Part shown: positions 1-11,011 of the stretch, piece by piece | Numbering within the stretch: position 1 is the first letter of the stretch | Layout of the letters: every line of letters begins with the position of its first letter | DNA from: an uncultured cyanobacterium | GTDB taxonomy: Bacteria; Cyanobacteriota; Cyanobacteriia; Leptolyngbyales; Leptolyngbyaceae | Assembly (NCBI GenBank): GCA_963766075.1 | Contig: CAVYAN010000010.1 | Location: 45,611-109,610, forward strand | Direction: 5' to 3' | Length of the DNA stretch: 64,000 nucleotides | Translations under genes and position numbers: made by a program | The notes under the pieces: model-generated | Seen by the model: only the letters and a program-made list of their open reading frames with translations | What the model was told of the DNA's origin: nothing | Databases searched by the model: none

Positions 1-228
1 GTTGCAACCATTACGAGTCGGAACAAAGCCTTTGAAGAATCATTGAAAGGTCAGGTGAGTGAAATTGGGCGGCAAATTTTTAAGAATAATGTGCTAAACG
101 ACGATCCCAGCGCCCTGAGCGATGCCAGGGTGATTCAAGTTAAGGTGCAATTGGATGATAGCCAAGCTGTGGCCAAATTTACGAATCTGCAAGTCGATGT
201 CCAAATTGAAATCCAACCCACTCCTTAA
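1..228 (+). CDS. C-terminal end of a DevB/HlyD-type membrane fusion protein (truncated by window edge)
   Basis: ...GQVSEIGRQIFKNNVLNDDP..DARVIQVKVQLDDSQAVAKFTNLQVDV matches the DevB C-terminus; lies directly upstream of devC-like genes. Confidence 0.8.
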   Translation, partial: VATITSRNKAFEESLKGQVSEIGRQIFKNNVLNDDPSALSDARVIQVKVQLDDSQAVAKFTNLQVDVQIEIQPTP

Positions 229-264
229 TTGTTTAGTTAACCCTACGTCAGCCCGCCAATCTCT

Positions 265-1407
265 ATGTTTAATTCTGTTGCTTTATCCAATTTGGCTTAC
301 GATCGCACGCGATTGCTCGTAGGGATTTCCGGGGTGGCGTTTGCCGTTTTACTCGTGTTTATCAATCTCGGGTTTTTAGGGGCGTTATCCGACACGGCAG
401 GGTTGATCTATAACCAATTGGATGCCGATGTTTATCTGGTTTCCCCATTATCTCTAAATGGCACGGCAACGAAACCCTTTACGCGCGAGCGGCTTTATCA
501 GGCAGTGAGTCAGCCTGATGTCGCTCAGGCGACTCCCCTGTATATTGGTTATCAACCTTGGCGCAATGCTGAGAATAACCAAGAGTTGTTTATTCTCAGT
601 TTTGGCTTTAATCCTAAGGATAAACCCTTTTTATTGCCTGATGTGCGTTCTGATCAGGCGATCGCTGCCTTTTCTGAAACCAATACTGTGTTCTTCGATC
701 GGCGATCGCTGCCGAAGTATGGCCCCCAGACCCTCGGCCTCAAAACCGAATTTAATAAGCGGGAGGTCACCCTCAATGGTCTATTCTCCCTTGGCGGCGG
801 GTTAGCGGCGGAAGGCACCCTGATGATGAGCGATCAAAATTTTCTCCGTTATTTCAGCCCCCGCACGCTAGAGCGGATTGATTTGGGTCTATTGAAGTTA
901 AAGCCGGGGGCCAATGCTCCAGCCGTGGTGCTCGAACTCCGGAAACAGCTACCATCTGATGTCACAGTCTTTACGAAAGAGGAGATGATTGCGCGCGATC
1001 GGCAATACTGGATGGAAACCACCGCCGTCGGATTTATTTTTAGCCTCGGCGTGGGGGTGGCGCTCATTGTCGGGGCGGCTATTGTCTATCAAATTCTCTA
1101 TGCGGATATTGCCAAAAACTTCCGGGAGTATGCCACCCTCAAGGCGATTGGATTTCGCAATCGCTTTTTGGTCAGTATGGTGCTGCAAGAGGCCTTGTTG
1201 CTAGCGGTGATGGGATATGTTCCGGGCCTGATTTTGGGGTTGGGAGCCTATCAACTGATTCTGCAAGCTACTAATGAAGCGATTCCCATGGTGATGACAC
1301 CAGATCGAGTGGTCGTGGTATTTGGATTAGCGATCGCCACCTGTGTTTTATCGGGGATATTTTCCCTGCGTAAAATTTTGGTTGCCGATCCAGCTTCCGT
1401 CTTGTAG
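265..1407 (+). CDS. devC: DevC/FtsX-family ABC exporter permease
   Basis: N-terminal GVAFAVLLVF helix, YQILYADI..EYATLKAIG motif, C-terminal ADPA. Confidence 0.85.
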   Translation: MFNSVALSNLAYDRTRLLVGISGVAFAVLLVFINLGFLGALSDTAGLIYNQLDADVYLVSPLSLNGTATKPFTRERLYQAVSQPDVAQATPLYIGYQPWRNAENNQELFILSFGFNPKDKPFLLPDVRSDQAIAAFSETNTVFFDRRSLPKYGPQTLGLKTEFNKREVTLNGLFSLGGGLAAEGTLMMSDQNFLRYFSPRTLERIDLGLLKLKPGANAPAVVLELRKQLPSDVTVFTKEEMIARDRQYWMETTAVGFIFSLGVGVALIVGAAIVYQILYADIAKNFREYATLKAIGFRNRFLVSMVLQEALLLAVMGYVPGLILGLGAYQLILQATNEAIPMVMTPDRVVVVFGLAIATCVLSGIFSLRKILVADPASVL

Positions 1408-1413
1408 ACATTT

Positions 1414-2589
1414 ATGAACTTGACCATGGCATCTCGTAACCCTTCTGTTTCCTGGCTAAATCTGACCCATAAACCAGGTCGCCTCATGCTGCTGCTGAGT
1501 GGTATCGTGTTTGCCGTGATTTTGATGTTCATGTTTTCTGGATTTAAACATGCGCTCTATGACAGTCAACTGGAAATTTTGCACCATCTGAAGGGAGATG
1601 TTTTTATTGTCAGTCAGCGTCGCCCCAGCTTTGCCACACCCAATTTCATTCCCCGGCACATTTTGTATCAAGCGCAATCTTATCGGGGTGTCAAGACGGC
1701 TTCAGCACTTTATTTGGGCGAAGCATTTTGGAAAAATCCCGACACGCGATTGGTCCGTCTAGCCCGCGTGTTGGCCTTTAATCTGAATCAACCGTTGTTT
1801 GATTTCCCCGAATTACAACAGAATATTTCCGCATTGCAGGTGCCTAATACCGTTTGGGTCGATCGGTTGGCCCGTCCTGAACTCGGTCGCACATCGCCAG
1901 GGACAGTCACCGAGTTGGCCGATCGAGCTGTGTATGTGGTCGGCAACTTCACGCTGGGTAACGATTTTGCGTCACTCAATGGTAATCTCCTGATGAGCGA
2001 AGACAACTTCCAACAGTATTTTTCTGGCCGCGATCCTAAGGAAGGAAATCGTTCCTTAAATGAAGTGGATATTGCCGTTGTTGAGGTTGAACCCCAATTC
2101 CAGCCGCAGGCTGTGGCTACGACGCTACGCCAAAATTTGCCGAAAAGCGTGAATGTCATGACCCGTGAGGAAATCATGCAGTGGGAACGGACGGTTTGGG
2201 AGGAAAGTTCTAACATTGGCTTTGTGTTTGGCATCCTGACAACAATGGGATTTGTGATTGGGGTGATTCTTTGCTACCAAATCATTTATGCCGATGTGAC
2301 CGATCACCTGCGAGAATATGCCACCCTCAAAGCGATGGGATATCAGAATCGGTTTCTATACGCGGTGGTGTTTCAAGAGTCTTTATTGCTGGCGGTGATG
2401 GCCTTCATTCCTGGCCTTTTACTCAGTGCTGGCCTTTACAGCTTAGCCAAAGGGGCGACGGGCTTAATGTTTCAGATGACCTTTGACAGAAGCACACAAC
2501 TTTTCATCATGACAGTTCTGATGTGTTTTATTTCGGGTTTGGTGTCACTGGTAAAGTTGCATCAATCCGATCCAGCGGATATTTTTTAG
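1414..2589 (+). CDS. devC: Second DevC/FtsX-family ABC exporter permease
   Basis: GIVFAVILMFM, YQIIYADVTDHLREYATLKAMGY, C-terminal DPADIF. Confidence 0.85.
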   Translation: MNLTMASRNPSVSWLNLTHKPGRLMLLLSGIVFAVILMFMFSGFKHALYDSQLEILHHLKGDVFIVSQRRPSFATPNFIPRHILYQAQSYRGVKTASALYLGEAFWKNPDTRLVRLARVLAFNLNQPLFDFPELQQNISALQVPNTVWVDRLARPELGRTSPGTVTELADRAVYVVGNFTLGNDFASLNGNLLMSEDNFQQYFSGRDPKEGNRSLNEVDIAVVEVEPQFQPQAVATTLRQNLPKSVNVMTREEIMQWERTVWEESSNIGFVFGILTTMGFVIGVILCYQIIYADVTDHLREYATLKAMGYQNRFLYAVVFQESLLLAVMAFIPGLLLSAGLYSLAKGATGLMFQMTFDRSTQLFIMTVLMCFISGLVSLVKLHQSDPADIF

Positions 2590-2605
2590 GCGATCGCAGA
2601 ACATC

Positions 2606-5600
2606 ATGCAGCAATTTCTCATTCTTTGGTTAGGACAACTGGTTTCCTTGGTCGGATCACAGCTAACTGGATTCGCCCTCGGCGTTTGGGTCTATCAACA
2701 AACCCATTCGACCACGTTGTTTGCGCTGCTCATTGGGTTAAATGTCCTGCCGGTGATTGTGCTATCGCCTTTGATTGGAACGATTGTTGATCGCTGGAAC
2801 CGGCGCACAGTCATGCTGTTGAGTGATTTTGGGGCAGGGCTGAGTACAGTTGCTTTGGCGATCGCCCTAAAGGCCAACTATCTGCCGATTGGTCTAATTG
2901 CGGTCTTAATTGCCCTCAATGCCACCTTTAGTAGTTTTATGCGACCGGCTTACACCGCTGCAACGACACAATTAGTCGCTGCTAAAGATCTCGATCGAGC
3001 CAGTGGCCTGATGCAAATTGGCTCATCGGTCGCACAATTAATTGCGCCCATTCTGGGCGGAGCCTTACTCAAGTTCATTGGTCTTCCCGGCATCATCGGC
3101 ATCGATGTGATCACCTTTTTAATTGCCGTTCTAACCCAAATGATTGTACGGTTACCCCCACCTGTTCCGGTGGCAACGGTGACACAATCCTCCTCTTCCC
3201 TCCTTAAAGACTTTCTCCAAGCGCTCCAATTTCTCAAACAGCGTCCTGGACTATTGGCATTGCTTGGTTTCTTTGTCGTCAAAAATTTTTTAACCTCAAT
3301 TGTCTACGTTGCCACCACACCCTATGTTTTGTCCTTTTCGTCAGAGCTTGTCCTGGGCAGCATTTTGTCCGTGGGCGGTCTGGGAATGGTTGTAGGGGGC
3401 ATTGTTTTGAGTATATTTCCGATCGGGCAATCGCGAATCCTGACCATTCAGGTCTTTGCACTCCTCGGCGGGGTCACACTCATCATGCTCGCCATGAAGA
3501 ATTCAATTCCAATCTTCATGGTGGGTTCATTTTTATTCTTTCTCGGTCTCCCTTTCATTCATGGCTCCGGTCAGGTGATTTTCCAAAAGAAAGTGCCTCA
3601 GGCTCTACAAGGACGCATATTTGCTTTTAATGAAGCGCTGGCCGGATCGTCGGTGCCGTTGGGGTATCTAGCAGCAGGTCCGCTCAGTGATGTTGTGTTT
3701 GAACCTTGGATGCAGCCCGATGGGTGGCTAGCTGGTACGATTGGCCTGTTCTTGGGAACGGGACCTGGACGCGGCATCGCCCTATTATTCATCCTCCTCG
3801 GAGTAATACACGGGGCCCTCGCCTTAATGATTCAACTGTACATGCCCTTACGGAAGATCGAATGGCAATTACCCGATCAGGCAGAAGAACCTTATGAAGA
3901 ATTTGTCACTATTCCAACTAAATCTGATTCTACTTCCACCCTACGGCCTCCCAAAGAGAATATCATGATGGAATTCTCTAACTCCGTACAATCCTATCAA
4001 AACCCCGTTCTTGATCATTCTCATGGCATCCGACCCACGATGGAACCCGTTATTTCTATTCAAAAATTAAATCATTTCTTTGGTAAGGGTGATTTATCTA
4101 AACAGGTGTTAATTGACATTAACCTGTCCATCCAACCAGGAGAAATTGTGATTATGACGGGGCCATCAGGTTCCGGAAAAACGACCCTCCTGACGTTAAT
4201 GGGAGCCCTCCGCTCTGTTCAAGACGGCAGTTTAAAAGTCTTGGGTAGAGAATTAAATCAGGCGACCAATCAAAAGTTAGTGGAGGTGCGGCGGAATATT
4301 GGGTATATCTTCCAAGCCCATAACTTGCTACCGTTTATGACGGCTCGGCAGAATGTGCGGATGTCTTTAGCGTTACAATCGAAGACCGATCGCGCCCATG
4401 CTTTGCAGAAAGTTGATGAGGTCTTAAATGCAGTTGGATTGGGGAATCACCTGAACTACTATCCTGAAAAACTTTCGGGGGGACAGAAACAACGGGTGGC
4501 GATCGCCCGCGCCCTTGTCAACGAACCAGCTCTCATCTTAGCCGACGAACCGACTGCTTCCTTGGATAGTAAAACTGGCCGTGAAGTCGTTGAGTTAATG
4601 TATCGTCTCGCCAAAGAACAGCACTGCACGATCATCTTAGTCACCCATGACAATCGCATTTTGGACATTGCCGATCGCATTATCAACTTGGAAGATGGAC
4701 GGCTATTACCAGCAGTTGGAGAAACTAAGCACCTGCGCCCCAGCACTACCCTAATTTCATCCGGGGGCAACGCACCAATATTGAATTCTCCGACTAAATC
4801 GACATCACAGGTGCTCAATCAAATCTACGATTTGGATTCATTGAGAGTTGAATCTACTTCGACGGAGACAGTAATCAACTTAAGACAGACACCCTCAGCA
4901 TTGACACCTTCAGCATTTCCTGAGACAGGATATCCAGGGGGGCCATCCCTGCCGGTGGAACAACCAGAAAGTCAATTGAGACACTTGCCGCCCGGAACAG
5001 ATTCATTAAGAGTCGAATCTGACTCAACATCTGATTCGACAGAGACACTGATCAACTTAAGGCAGACGCCTGCAGCCTTCCCACAGACAGAATATCCAGA
5101 GGTATCATCCCTGTCTGTGGAACAGCCAGAAAGTCAATTGAGACACTTGCCGCCTGGAACAGATTCATTAAGAGTCGAATCTGACTCAACATCTGATTCG
5201 ACAGAGACACTGATCAACTTAAGGCAGACGCCTGCAGCCTTCCCACAGACAGGATATTCAGAGGTATCATCCCTGTCTGTGGAACAGCCAGAAAGTCAAT
5301 TGAGACACTTGCCGCCTGGAACAGATTCATTAAGAGTCGAATCTGACTCAACATCTGATTCGACAGAGACACTGATCAACTTAAGGCAGACGCCTGCAGC
5401 CTTCCCGCAGACAGGATATTCAGAGGTGTCGTCCCTGTCTGTGGAGCAACCAGAAAGTCAACTGGGACACTTACCGCCAGGGGCAATCCAACCCCATAAA
5501 CGATATAAGATTGTTTGTATTGATGATAGTCCGGCGGTGCTTTGTTCTCTGAGGGCCTTTTTATCTGATGATCTGTTTTCAGTCTATCTAATTGATGATC

Positions 5601-5863
5601 CAATTCAGTCATTGATCCAATTGATTAAAATCAAGCCGGATATGGTGATTTTAGATATTAATATGCCCAGACTGGATGGTTATCAGTTATGTTCATTATT
5701 GCGCCATCATGAAAAATTTAAACATATTCCAGTCATTGTGATTACCGGTGATCCAAAATTGATTGATCTCCAAGCGGCCCAAAAAGTCGGAGTATCGGAG
5801 TGTCTTGTGAAACCGTTCGATCAATCTGATTTAATGGTAAAGCTTTTCCCCCATTTGACTTAA
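2606..5863 (+). CDS. Fusion ORF: MFS permease + DevA-type ABC ATPase + 54-aa repeats + PatA-like receiver domain
   Basis: MFS N-terminus ([10 protein letters not shown] motif A); Walker [26 protein letters not shown]-terminal CIDDS..DINMP..TG..KPF receiver; possible internal ATG at 3965. Confidence 0.8.
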   Translation: MQQFLILWLGQLVSLVGSQLTGFALGVWVYQQTHSTTLFALLIGLNVLPVIVLSPLIGTIVDRWNRRTVMLLSDFGAGLSTVALAIALKANYLPIGLIAVLIALNATFSSFMRPAYTAATTQLVAAKDLDRASGLMQIGSSVAQLIAPILGGALLKFIGLPGIIGIDVITFLIAVLTQMIVRLPPPVPVATVTQSSSSLLKDFLQALQFLKQRPGLLALLGFFVVKNFLTSIVYVATTPYVLSFSSELVLGSILSVGGLGMVVGGIVLSIFPIGQSRILTIQVFALLGGVTLIMLAMKNSIPIFMVGSFLFFLGLPFIHGSGQVIFQKKVPQALQGRIFAFNEALAGSSVPLGYLAAGPLSDVVFEPWMQPDGWLAGTIGLFLGTGPGRGIALLFILLGVIHGALALMIQLYMPLRKIEWQLPDQAEEPYEEFVTIPTKSDSTSTLRPPKENIMMEFSNSVQSYQNPVLDHSHGIRPTMEPVISIQKLNHFFGKGDLSKQVLIDINLSIQPGEIVIMTGPSGSGKTTLLTLMGALRSVQDGSLKVLGRELNQATNQKLVEVRRNIGYIFQAHNLLPFMTARQNVRMSLALQSKTDRAHALQKVDEVLNAVGLGNHLNYYPEKLSGGQKQRVAIARALVNEPALILADEPTASLDSKTGREVVELMYRLAKEQHCTIILVTHDNRILDIADRIINLEDGRLLPAVGETKHLRPSTTLISSGGNAPILNSPTKSTSQVLNQIYDLDSLRVESTSTETVINLRQTPSALTPSAFPETGYPGGPSLPVEQPESQLRHLPPGTDSLRVESDSTSDSTETLINLRQTPAAFPQTEYPEVSSLSVEQPESQLRHLPPGTDSLRVESDSTSDSTETLINLRQTPAAFPQTGYSEVSSLSVEQPESQLRHLPPGTDSLRVESDSTSDSTETLINLRQTPAAFPQTGYSEVSSLSVEQPESQLGHLPPGAIQPHKRYKIVCIDDSPAVLCSLRAFLSDDLFSVYLIDDPIQSLIQLIKIKPDMVILDINMPRLDGYQLCSLLRHHEKFKHIPVIVITGDPKLIDLQAAQKVGVSECLVKPFDQSDLMVKLFPHLT
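4834..5481 (+). repeat. Intragenic 162-bp (54-aa) tandem repeat: three near-identical copies plus one diverged copy
   Basis: agattcattaagagtcgaatct starts at 4999, 5161 and 5323; a degenerate first copy starts near 4834. Confidence 0.95.
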
Positions 5864-5962
5864 CTCAACAGTCCGAGCAGATTTTAGAGGGATCAGCCTG
5901 AGAGGATGCTTTAAAAGGTAACCGTAACTACTCAGGCTGAGGGTACAAGGTCGGTGTCTTTC

Positions 5963-7367
5963 CAGGGTAAGCGCATCTAAAAAAGTAGCGAAATGCACAG
6001 ATATTTAGGGCGAATCATGGGCTGAGGGCATAGAATGCAAAAATTCGTCATCGCCCGCTTGTCCCGATGTGACGTTGTCAGAGAGGATCAAAGTGTCCCC
6101 TTCATCCCCGTATGACGTATGCCTGAAGGCTTTGCTCCAGCGCCTGAACCCGCGCCAAACCGTCCGCTAGTTTTAGACGCACAAGCCTTAGGTCAGCGTC
6201 TCCAGTCCTGTTTTGCGGCGATTCAAGACCCACGGGTGGAACGGACTCGCGAACATCAACTGGGCGATATTTTAACCATTGCCATTCTCTCCACCATTGC
6301 CGGTGGTCAAGGGTGGGAAGATATGGAAATCTACGGATTGGGTAAACAAGCGTGGTTGTCAACCTTCCTGGCGTTGCCCAACGGCATTCCCAGTCCGGAT
6401 ACGTTCCGGCGAGTGTTAGAACGCATTCATCCGCAACAACTTGAGCAATGCTTTGAGCAATGGGTTCGCCTCTTAGTTGAGCGCTTAGGTGTGCAAGTCA
6501 TTGCGATTGATGGCAAAGGTGTGAATGGCTCCTATGACCGTAAATCAGGCAAGAAAGCGCTCCATTTTGTCAGTGCTTGGGCCACCGAACATCGTCTCGT
6601 GTTAGCCCAAACGAAAGTGCAAGATAAGTCCAACGAAATTACGGCCATTCCTGCTCTCTTAGAATTACTCGATATTGCCGGTTGTATCGTCACACTCGAT
6701 GCCATGGGAACCCAGAAAACCATCGCAGCACAGATCCAGGCAGTCGGCGCTGACTACATTCTGAGCCTCAAAGCCAACCATCCGACGTTGTTTGCACAAG
6801 TTAAAACTTGGTTCCAAGCCGCGACGACGCGTGGGTCCTTACCAGCGCCCGTTGAATATCAGACCGAAGCCGGGCATCATCGCATTGAAATTCGTAAAGT
6901 TTGGAGCGTTTCCCTGGCGCAACTGCCGCCCCTGCATCAAAGCGACGAATGGGTGGGATTGCGCACCATTGTCATCGTTGAACGCACCCGGCATTTATGG
7001 AATGAAACCACCCACGAAGTTCAGTTCTATCTCAGCAGTTTACCGGCAGACTGTGCCCGCATTGCCAGCGCGATTCGTCAACACTGGGGCATTGAAAATT
7101 CGCTCCATTGGGTGCTCGATGTCACCTTCGGGGAGGATGATTGTCGAGTCCGCTCGATGCATGCCCCACACAACCTGGCTGTAATCAGACGCTTTGCCCT
7201 CAATGCCCTCAATCGCGAATCTTCCTGGAAGCGCAGTCTCAGGCAAAAGTCGAAACGCGCCGCCCTGGATGACCACTACATGCTCAACATTTTGACCGCT
7301 GCTTTACCCGAATCCAGGCAGAACCTAGAACCTAGCTGTCAATAGGGTTTGAGATGCGCTTACCCTG
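5963..7367 (+). mobile_element. ISAs1-family insertion sequence
   Basis: Perfect 16-bp terminal inverted repeats cagggtaagcgcatct (5963-5978) and agatgcgcttaccctg (7352-7367) around the transposase; no target duplication visible. Confidence 0.92.
6119..7345 (+). CDS. ISAs1-family DDE transposase
   Basis: IAIDGK, KSNEITAIP, TLDAMGTQK, HWGIENSLHWVLDVTFGED motifs. Confidence 0.95.
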   Translation: MPEGFAPAPEPAPNRPLVLDAQALGQRLQSCFAAIQDPRVERTREHQLGDILTIAILSTIAGGQGWEDMEIYGLGKQAWLSTFLALPNGIPSPDTFRRVLERIHPQQLEQCFEQWVRLLVERLGVQVIAIDGKGVNGSYDRKSGKKALHFVSAWATEHRLVLAQTKVQDKSNEITAIPALLELLDIAGCIVTLDAMGTQKTIAAQIQAVGADYILSLKANHPTLFAQVKTWFQAATTRGSLPAPVEYQTEAGHHRIEIRKVWSVSLAQLPPLHQSDEWVGLRTIVIVERTRHLWNETTHEVQFYLSSLPADCARIASAIRQHWGIENSLHWVLDVTFGEDDCRVRSMHAPHNLAVIRRFALNALNRESSWKRSLRQKSKRAALDDHYMLNILTAALPESRQNLEPSCQ

Positions 7368-7452
7368 TTGCCACAGCTTCTTTAGCATTTGTCTCTAGCT
7401 GTTGACACTTTTTGCAGCCTGTCCCCAAAATTTCAATCTTGATTGTTTCCAT
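7368..7452 (-). pseudogene. Small CxxC thioredoxin-like (MTH895-type) gene truncated by ISAs1
   Basis: Minus strand reads METIKIEILGTGCKKCQQLETNAKEAVA and then hits the IS end; RBS-like aggagagg upstream; absent from the ORF track. Confidence 0.8.
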
Positions 7453-7632
7453 GACACCTCTCCTTTTTTATGTTCCGTTATTGAGTTAGCGATCGACTGT
7501 GACAGGTGACGGTTTGATTTTCTGCATCAATTGATTGAATACGATACAAGATCTAACGAAAAATGTACGAGTTCAGCGCTATCGACTTTACCCATCAATG
7601 GTTAACTCAATGGCGATCGCCCAATCTTCCTC

Positions 7633-8310
7633 TCAGCACCAGGATTGTTCATCAGGAGGATTGTGCAGCAGTTCCCGAATATTGGCTTCGATGACCCGAT
7701 AGCCCACGTTGCCATTGAGCCGCTGCCGACCTTCATTAAAAATCAAGGTGGGGCTGACGGTAACCCCATGCTCTTTGACCAAATCAAAATCCTTTGATAA
7801 GAGGGCATAAGCCTCGCCAGTATCAATTTGCTCCTGAATCGCCGCGATCGGCAGTCCCAACTCCTCGGCAATGGCAAATTGCACGTTGCGGTCAGAAACA
7901 TTCGCCAGTTTGGTAAAAAAGGCTTCCCGGAATGCCCACGTTGCTTTTTCAAATACCTGTTCTGAGGGTTGGACAAGTCCCTTGATCTCTAGGAGTTGAA
8001 TGGCCTGGAGAAATAGATGACAGGACGTGGATGACGGTGGAACGACAACAGTCCAAATGTCAGGATGAAGGGTGATGTGATCAAATTTTTTGACGACTGT
8101 GTGAACGTGGTCGCTATAGCCTTTTAAGCCACCCTTGTCACGCCAGCGATTTTCTAACTTTTCTCGGGCATTGCCAAAGACAGGAACGAAGTGTGGCGCG
8201 ATCGCAATCTTGTCTTGAAACGTTGTTTTCAACTCATCCAAGCGAATTTGCGCAATATACGCCCAAACGCAGAGAACATCGGAAAAGTAAAAGATACGAA
8301 TGGGTTCCAT
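7633..8310 (-). CDS. DsbA/FrnE-family thioredoxin-fold protein
   Basis: YFSDVLCVWAYIA N-terminus and cis-Pro motif GVTVSPTLIFN. Confidence 0.75.
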   Translation of the reverse strand: MEPIRIFYFSDVLCVWAYIAQIRLDELKTTFQDKIAIAPHFVPVFGNAREKLENRWRDKGGLKGYSDHVHTVVKKFDHITLHPDIWTVVVPPSSTSCHLFLQAIQLLEIKGLVQPSEQVFEKATWAFREAFFTKLANVSDRNVQFAIAEELGLPIAAIQEQIDTGEAYALLSKDFDLVKEHGVTVSPTLIFNEGRQRLNGNVGYRVIEANIRELLHNPPDEQSWC

Positions 8311-8570
8311 CGTTATTCCAGTAGTTAGTCATCTAACCACAATAAGTTGATCAACGAAATTGGTGCTTAACTGAGATATTTTATCTCTCGTAACAGCTCG
8401 TCCTGCAATGAATTGCGGGCAAACCAAACGAAGTCTGTTAAAACGGACTGAAGCTTGCTTCCAATGGCTTCTAGTCAACGACCGTGGACTTTATTCTGGG
8501 AGCCCGAACTTGTAGCTCAAGGCGTGGCAACCCTCTCACCCTGATCTACTCTCGTCCCATCACTTCATTC

Positions 8571-9107
8571 TCAAACCCACCAAGGCTTTTCCCCAGTCCG
8601 TGGATCGGTTTCTGTCCAGGGTGAGATCAAAATGCTATTTTCGATGACAGCGACATGGAAAATTTTGAGAGGGAGGGGAGCCGGTCCCCTGACTACGGTT
8701 CCATCTGGCGCATAGAGAGAACCATGACAGGGGCATTGGAACTGTTGATCGTTTGGATTCCAGGGAAAGGTGCAACCTAGGTGGGTGCAGTTATCCAGTA
8801 TCCCAATGCTGTCTAGGGTGTGATCTTCCTTAACGATTAAGTAAGTGGGTTCACCGCTTAGACCGGCAACCAGCGCACGGCTTCCTGGCTCCTCTGCCAA
8901 AATTTGTGCGGCTGGGATAGGATTACCCAGAATATCTTTAGCAATCATGGCTCCCCCTGCTCCTGTTTTTTCTGCTGCAGGAATGAAAAATTTGCCCGCC
9001 ACGTAGAGCGCCGAACCCATGGGGACTGCAACGACTGCTCCGGTCAGAAAGTTGAGCAGTTGCCGCCGGGATAGGGACGGACTTTCGATCGGAAGACTAG
9101 TATCCAT
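8571..9107 (-). CDS. petC: Cytochrome b6f Rieske iron-sulfur protein (accessory PetC paralogue)
   Basis: Tat-like SRRQLLNFL, CTHLGC and CPCHGSLY boxes, GPAPLPL, C-terminal PWTETDPRTGEKPWW; no adjacent petA. Confidence 0.9.
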   Translation of the reverse strand: MDTSLPIESPSLSRRQLLNFLTGAVVAVPMGSALYVAGKFFIPAAEKTGAGGAMIAKDILGNPIPAAQILAEEPGSRALVAGLSGEPTYLIVKEDHTLDSIGILDNCTHLGCTFPWNPNDQQFQCPCHGSLYAPDGTVVRGPAPLPLKIFHVAVIENSILISPWTETDPRTGEKPWWV

Positions 9108-9142
9108 GCCGGATCTCCTTCAGTGTTAATGAGTGCATCCTT

Positions 9143-9355
9143 TTAAAGTTGCCCATGGGGCTGGCTGGTATGAATGCCCAGGAGGCGATAAAGACCGCAA
9201 AAGCCGACTAGAGCTGTAACCATCAATACACCCCCCGCAACCACTAGCCCAAGGCCCAGGGCAGAGCCGCTATAGAGGAACAGTCCCAAATAAAACAACA
9301 CCGAAGCCAACAGTAAGCGGATCAGGCGATCGATGGAACCCACGTTCGTTTTCAT
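9143..9355 (-). CDS. DUF2892/YgaP-like small membrane protein
   Basis: MKTNVGSIDRLIR...GFCGLYRLLGI.T signature. Confidence 0.85.
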   Translation of the reverse strand: MKTNVGSIDRLIRLLLASVLFYLGLFLYSGSALGLGLVVAGGVLMVTALVGFCGLYRLLGIHTSQPHGQL

Positions 9356-9850
9356 AACTGAAATCTCCAATATTGACCGGATTACAAAAACTTAGTGCAA
9401 TCACAAAAGAAGAAAATCCTAACCTATTGCAACTTTACAATCTTCTTTAGTATAACTGATTAAAATATAATCAAGTGAATTTATTTATTAAGGATATCAA
9501 GCACTTAACCAGTAGGCAGAAAAATTATTTGATGGTTGCAAAGATGGCTAAGTAGTTTCTCTAGAAAGTAGTGACTATGTTTACTTGTAGCTCGCTGCTT
9601 AAACTTCAACAGATATTATGCACTGTAGAACACATTTATATATCTGCTCCGATTCATTATTTTAGTGCTAAGGGAGTATGAGATTGGACTTGCTCCAATC
9701 CCTAAACAACTGAAAGTTTCTATCGTAAAGATTGATATGGTATCAGGATAATTCATTCAATTCATACAGTGCTCAAACATGCTTTCAAACATCAGGTTGC
9801 TATGTTCATTTTTGACTAATACCTTCTCGTCCAGTTCGGAGATGACCATC

Positions 9851-10335
9851 ATGAGTTTAGACAGTCTAGCGGCTCTCAAGCCCTACCTCGGCTTTTTCCA
9901 TCCCATTACCATGTGGATTTTATTGGTCGTTTCACTCTACGCGATGTATCTGGGAGTGCAAGTCCGGCGGACGCGGTTGGCAGACGGCGATCTCAAGAAA
10001 GAATTAGTGAAGGGTCGGTTTGCCATTCGCCATCATCAAATTGGCTCTATTCTCCTGGCACTGATGGTGATGGGGGCGATCGGGGGAATTACAGTGACCT
10101 ACCTCAACAACGGCAAAATTATGATTGGTCCCCACCTGTTTGCAGGGTTAGGAATGGTCGGGTTGATTGCCACGTCTGCGGCACTGGTTCCCTTTATGCA
10201 AAAACATGACTGGGTTCGCAGCCTCCACATTTCGTTGAACCTGTTTCTGCTAGGACTGTTTGGCTGGCAACTGTAACCGGGGTGCAAATTGTGCAGAAGA
10301 TGTTGAGCAAGATGATGACAGATGGTGCAGCGTAA
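9851..10335 (+). CDS. DUF4079-like (cytochrome b561-like) membrane protein, frameshifted near 10270
   Basis: HPITMW, HHQIGSILL, HLFAGL, RSLHISLN histidine pattern; the expected tail (VTGVQIVQKML) continues in another frame. Confidence 0.75.
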
Positions 10336-10366
10336 GTACGGATTCATCCGGTGGAATCTGACACTG

Positions 10367-10888
10367 TCATGATTTCGCGATCGCTTCTCCTGCGGCTTTC
10401 CACCCTGCAAAACTTGGCGGAAAGCCCCGGACATTGTCGTAGCCCAACAGGTGTAACGTCATCACTCCCATTGCCGATCGGTAACCTGTAGAACAGTACA
10501 GCACTACAGGGCGATTATGTGGAATTTGGGTCAGGGTTGCGGTCAATGTTCGGAGCGGAATATTGACCGCATCGGGGATATGTCCCGACTGATACTCAGA
10601 GGGTTCTCGCACATCCACCAAAACGATTTGGGGATTTTCTAGCAGGCTTTTCAACCCCTCGATATTGGCGATCGTGTAATAGCCCGACGGAATCGATGTG
10701 AGATACTGATCCACGGCTGATTCTAAGTTAGGAAATCCTTGTGGATCTGGCAGAACCTTGATGTCACCTGTTGAGGCTGATGAAGTGAGCGTAGCAGCCA
10801 GAATCGGGGTTTGCCCCATACTAAAACAGAGGCAAACCCATAGGGCGAGTCCCAGCAATATAGCCTGAATTGACTTCTTGGGTATCAT
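10367..10888 (-). CDS. Rhodanese-domain sulfurtransferase with N-terminal signal/TM segment
   Basis: LVDVREPSEYQSGHIPDAVNIP and active-site loop YCSTGYRS. Confidence 0.88.
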   Translation of the reverse strand: MIPKKSIQAILLGLALWVCLCFSMGQTPILAATLTSSASTGDIKVLPDPQGFPNLESAVDQYLTSIPSGYYTIANIEGLKSLLENPQIVLVDVREPSEYQSGHIPDAVNIPLRTLTATLTQIPHNRPVVLYCSTGYRSAMGVMTLHLLGYDNVRGFPPSFAGWKAAGEAIAKS

Positions 10889-11011
10889 ACGGTTTTTCCT
10901 GAAATAGAGGTCTCTTCGATTTGCTGTGTCAGTCAACCGAATCGTTCATGAGAAGGAAACCAGAATCGATTAAGAAAAGATGCTTTCCGAAATGTCCAAG
11001 GGATCATGCCA

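Noticed and set aside
1..2589. Heterocyst glycolipid export (devBCA) function
   Set aside because: DevBCA paralogues are widespread in non-heterocystous cyanobacteria and no hgl or nif genes are visible; substrate unknown
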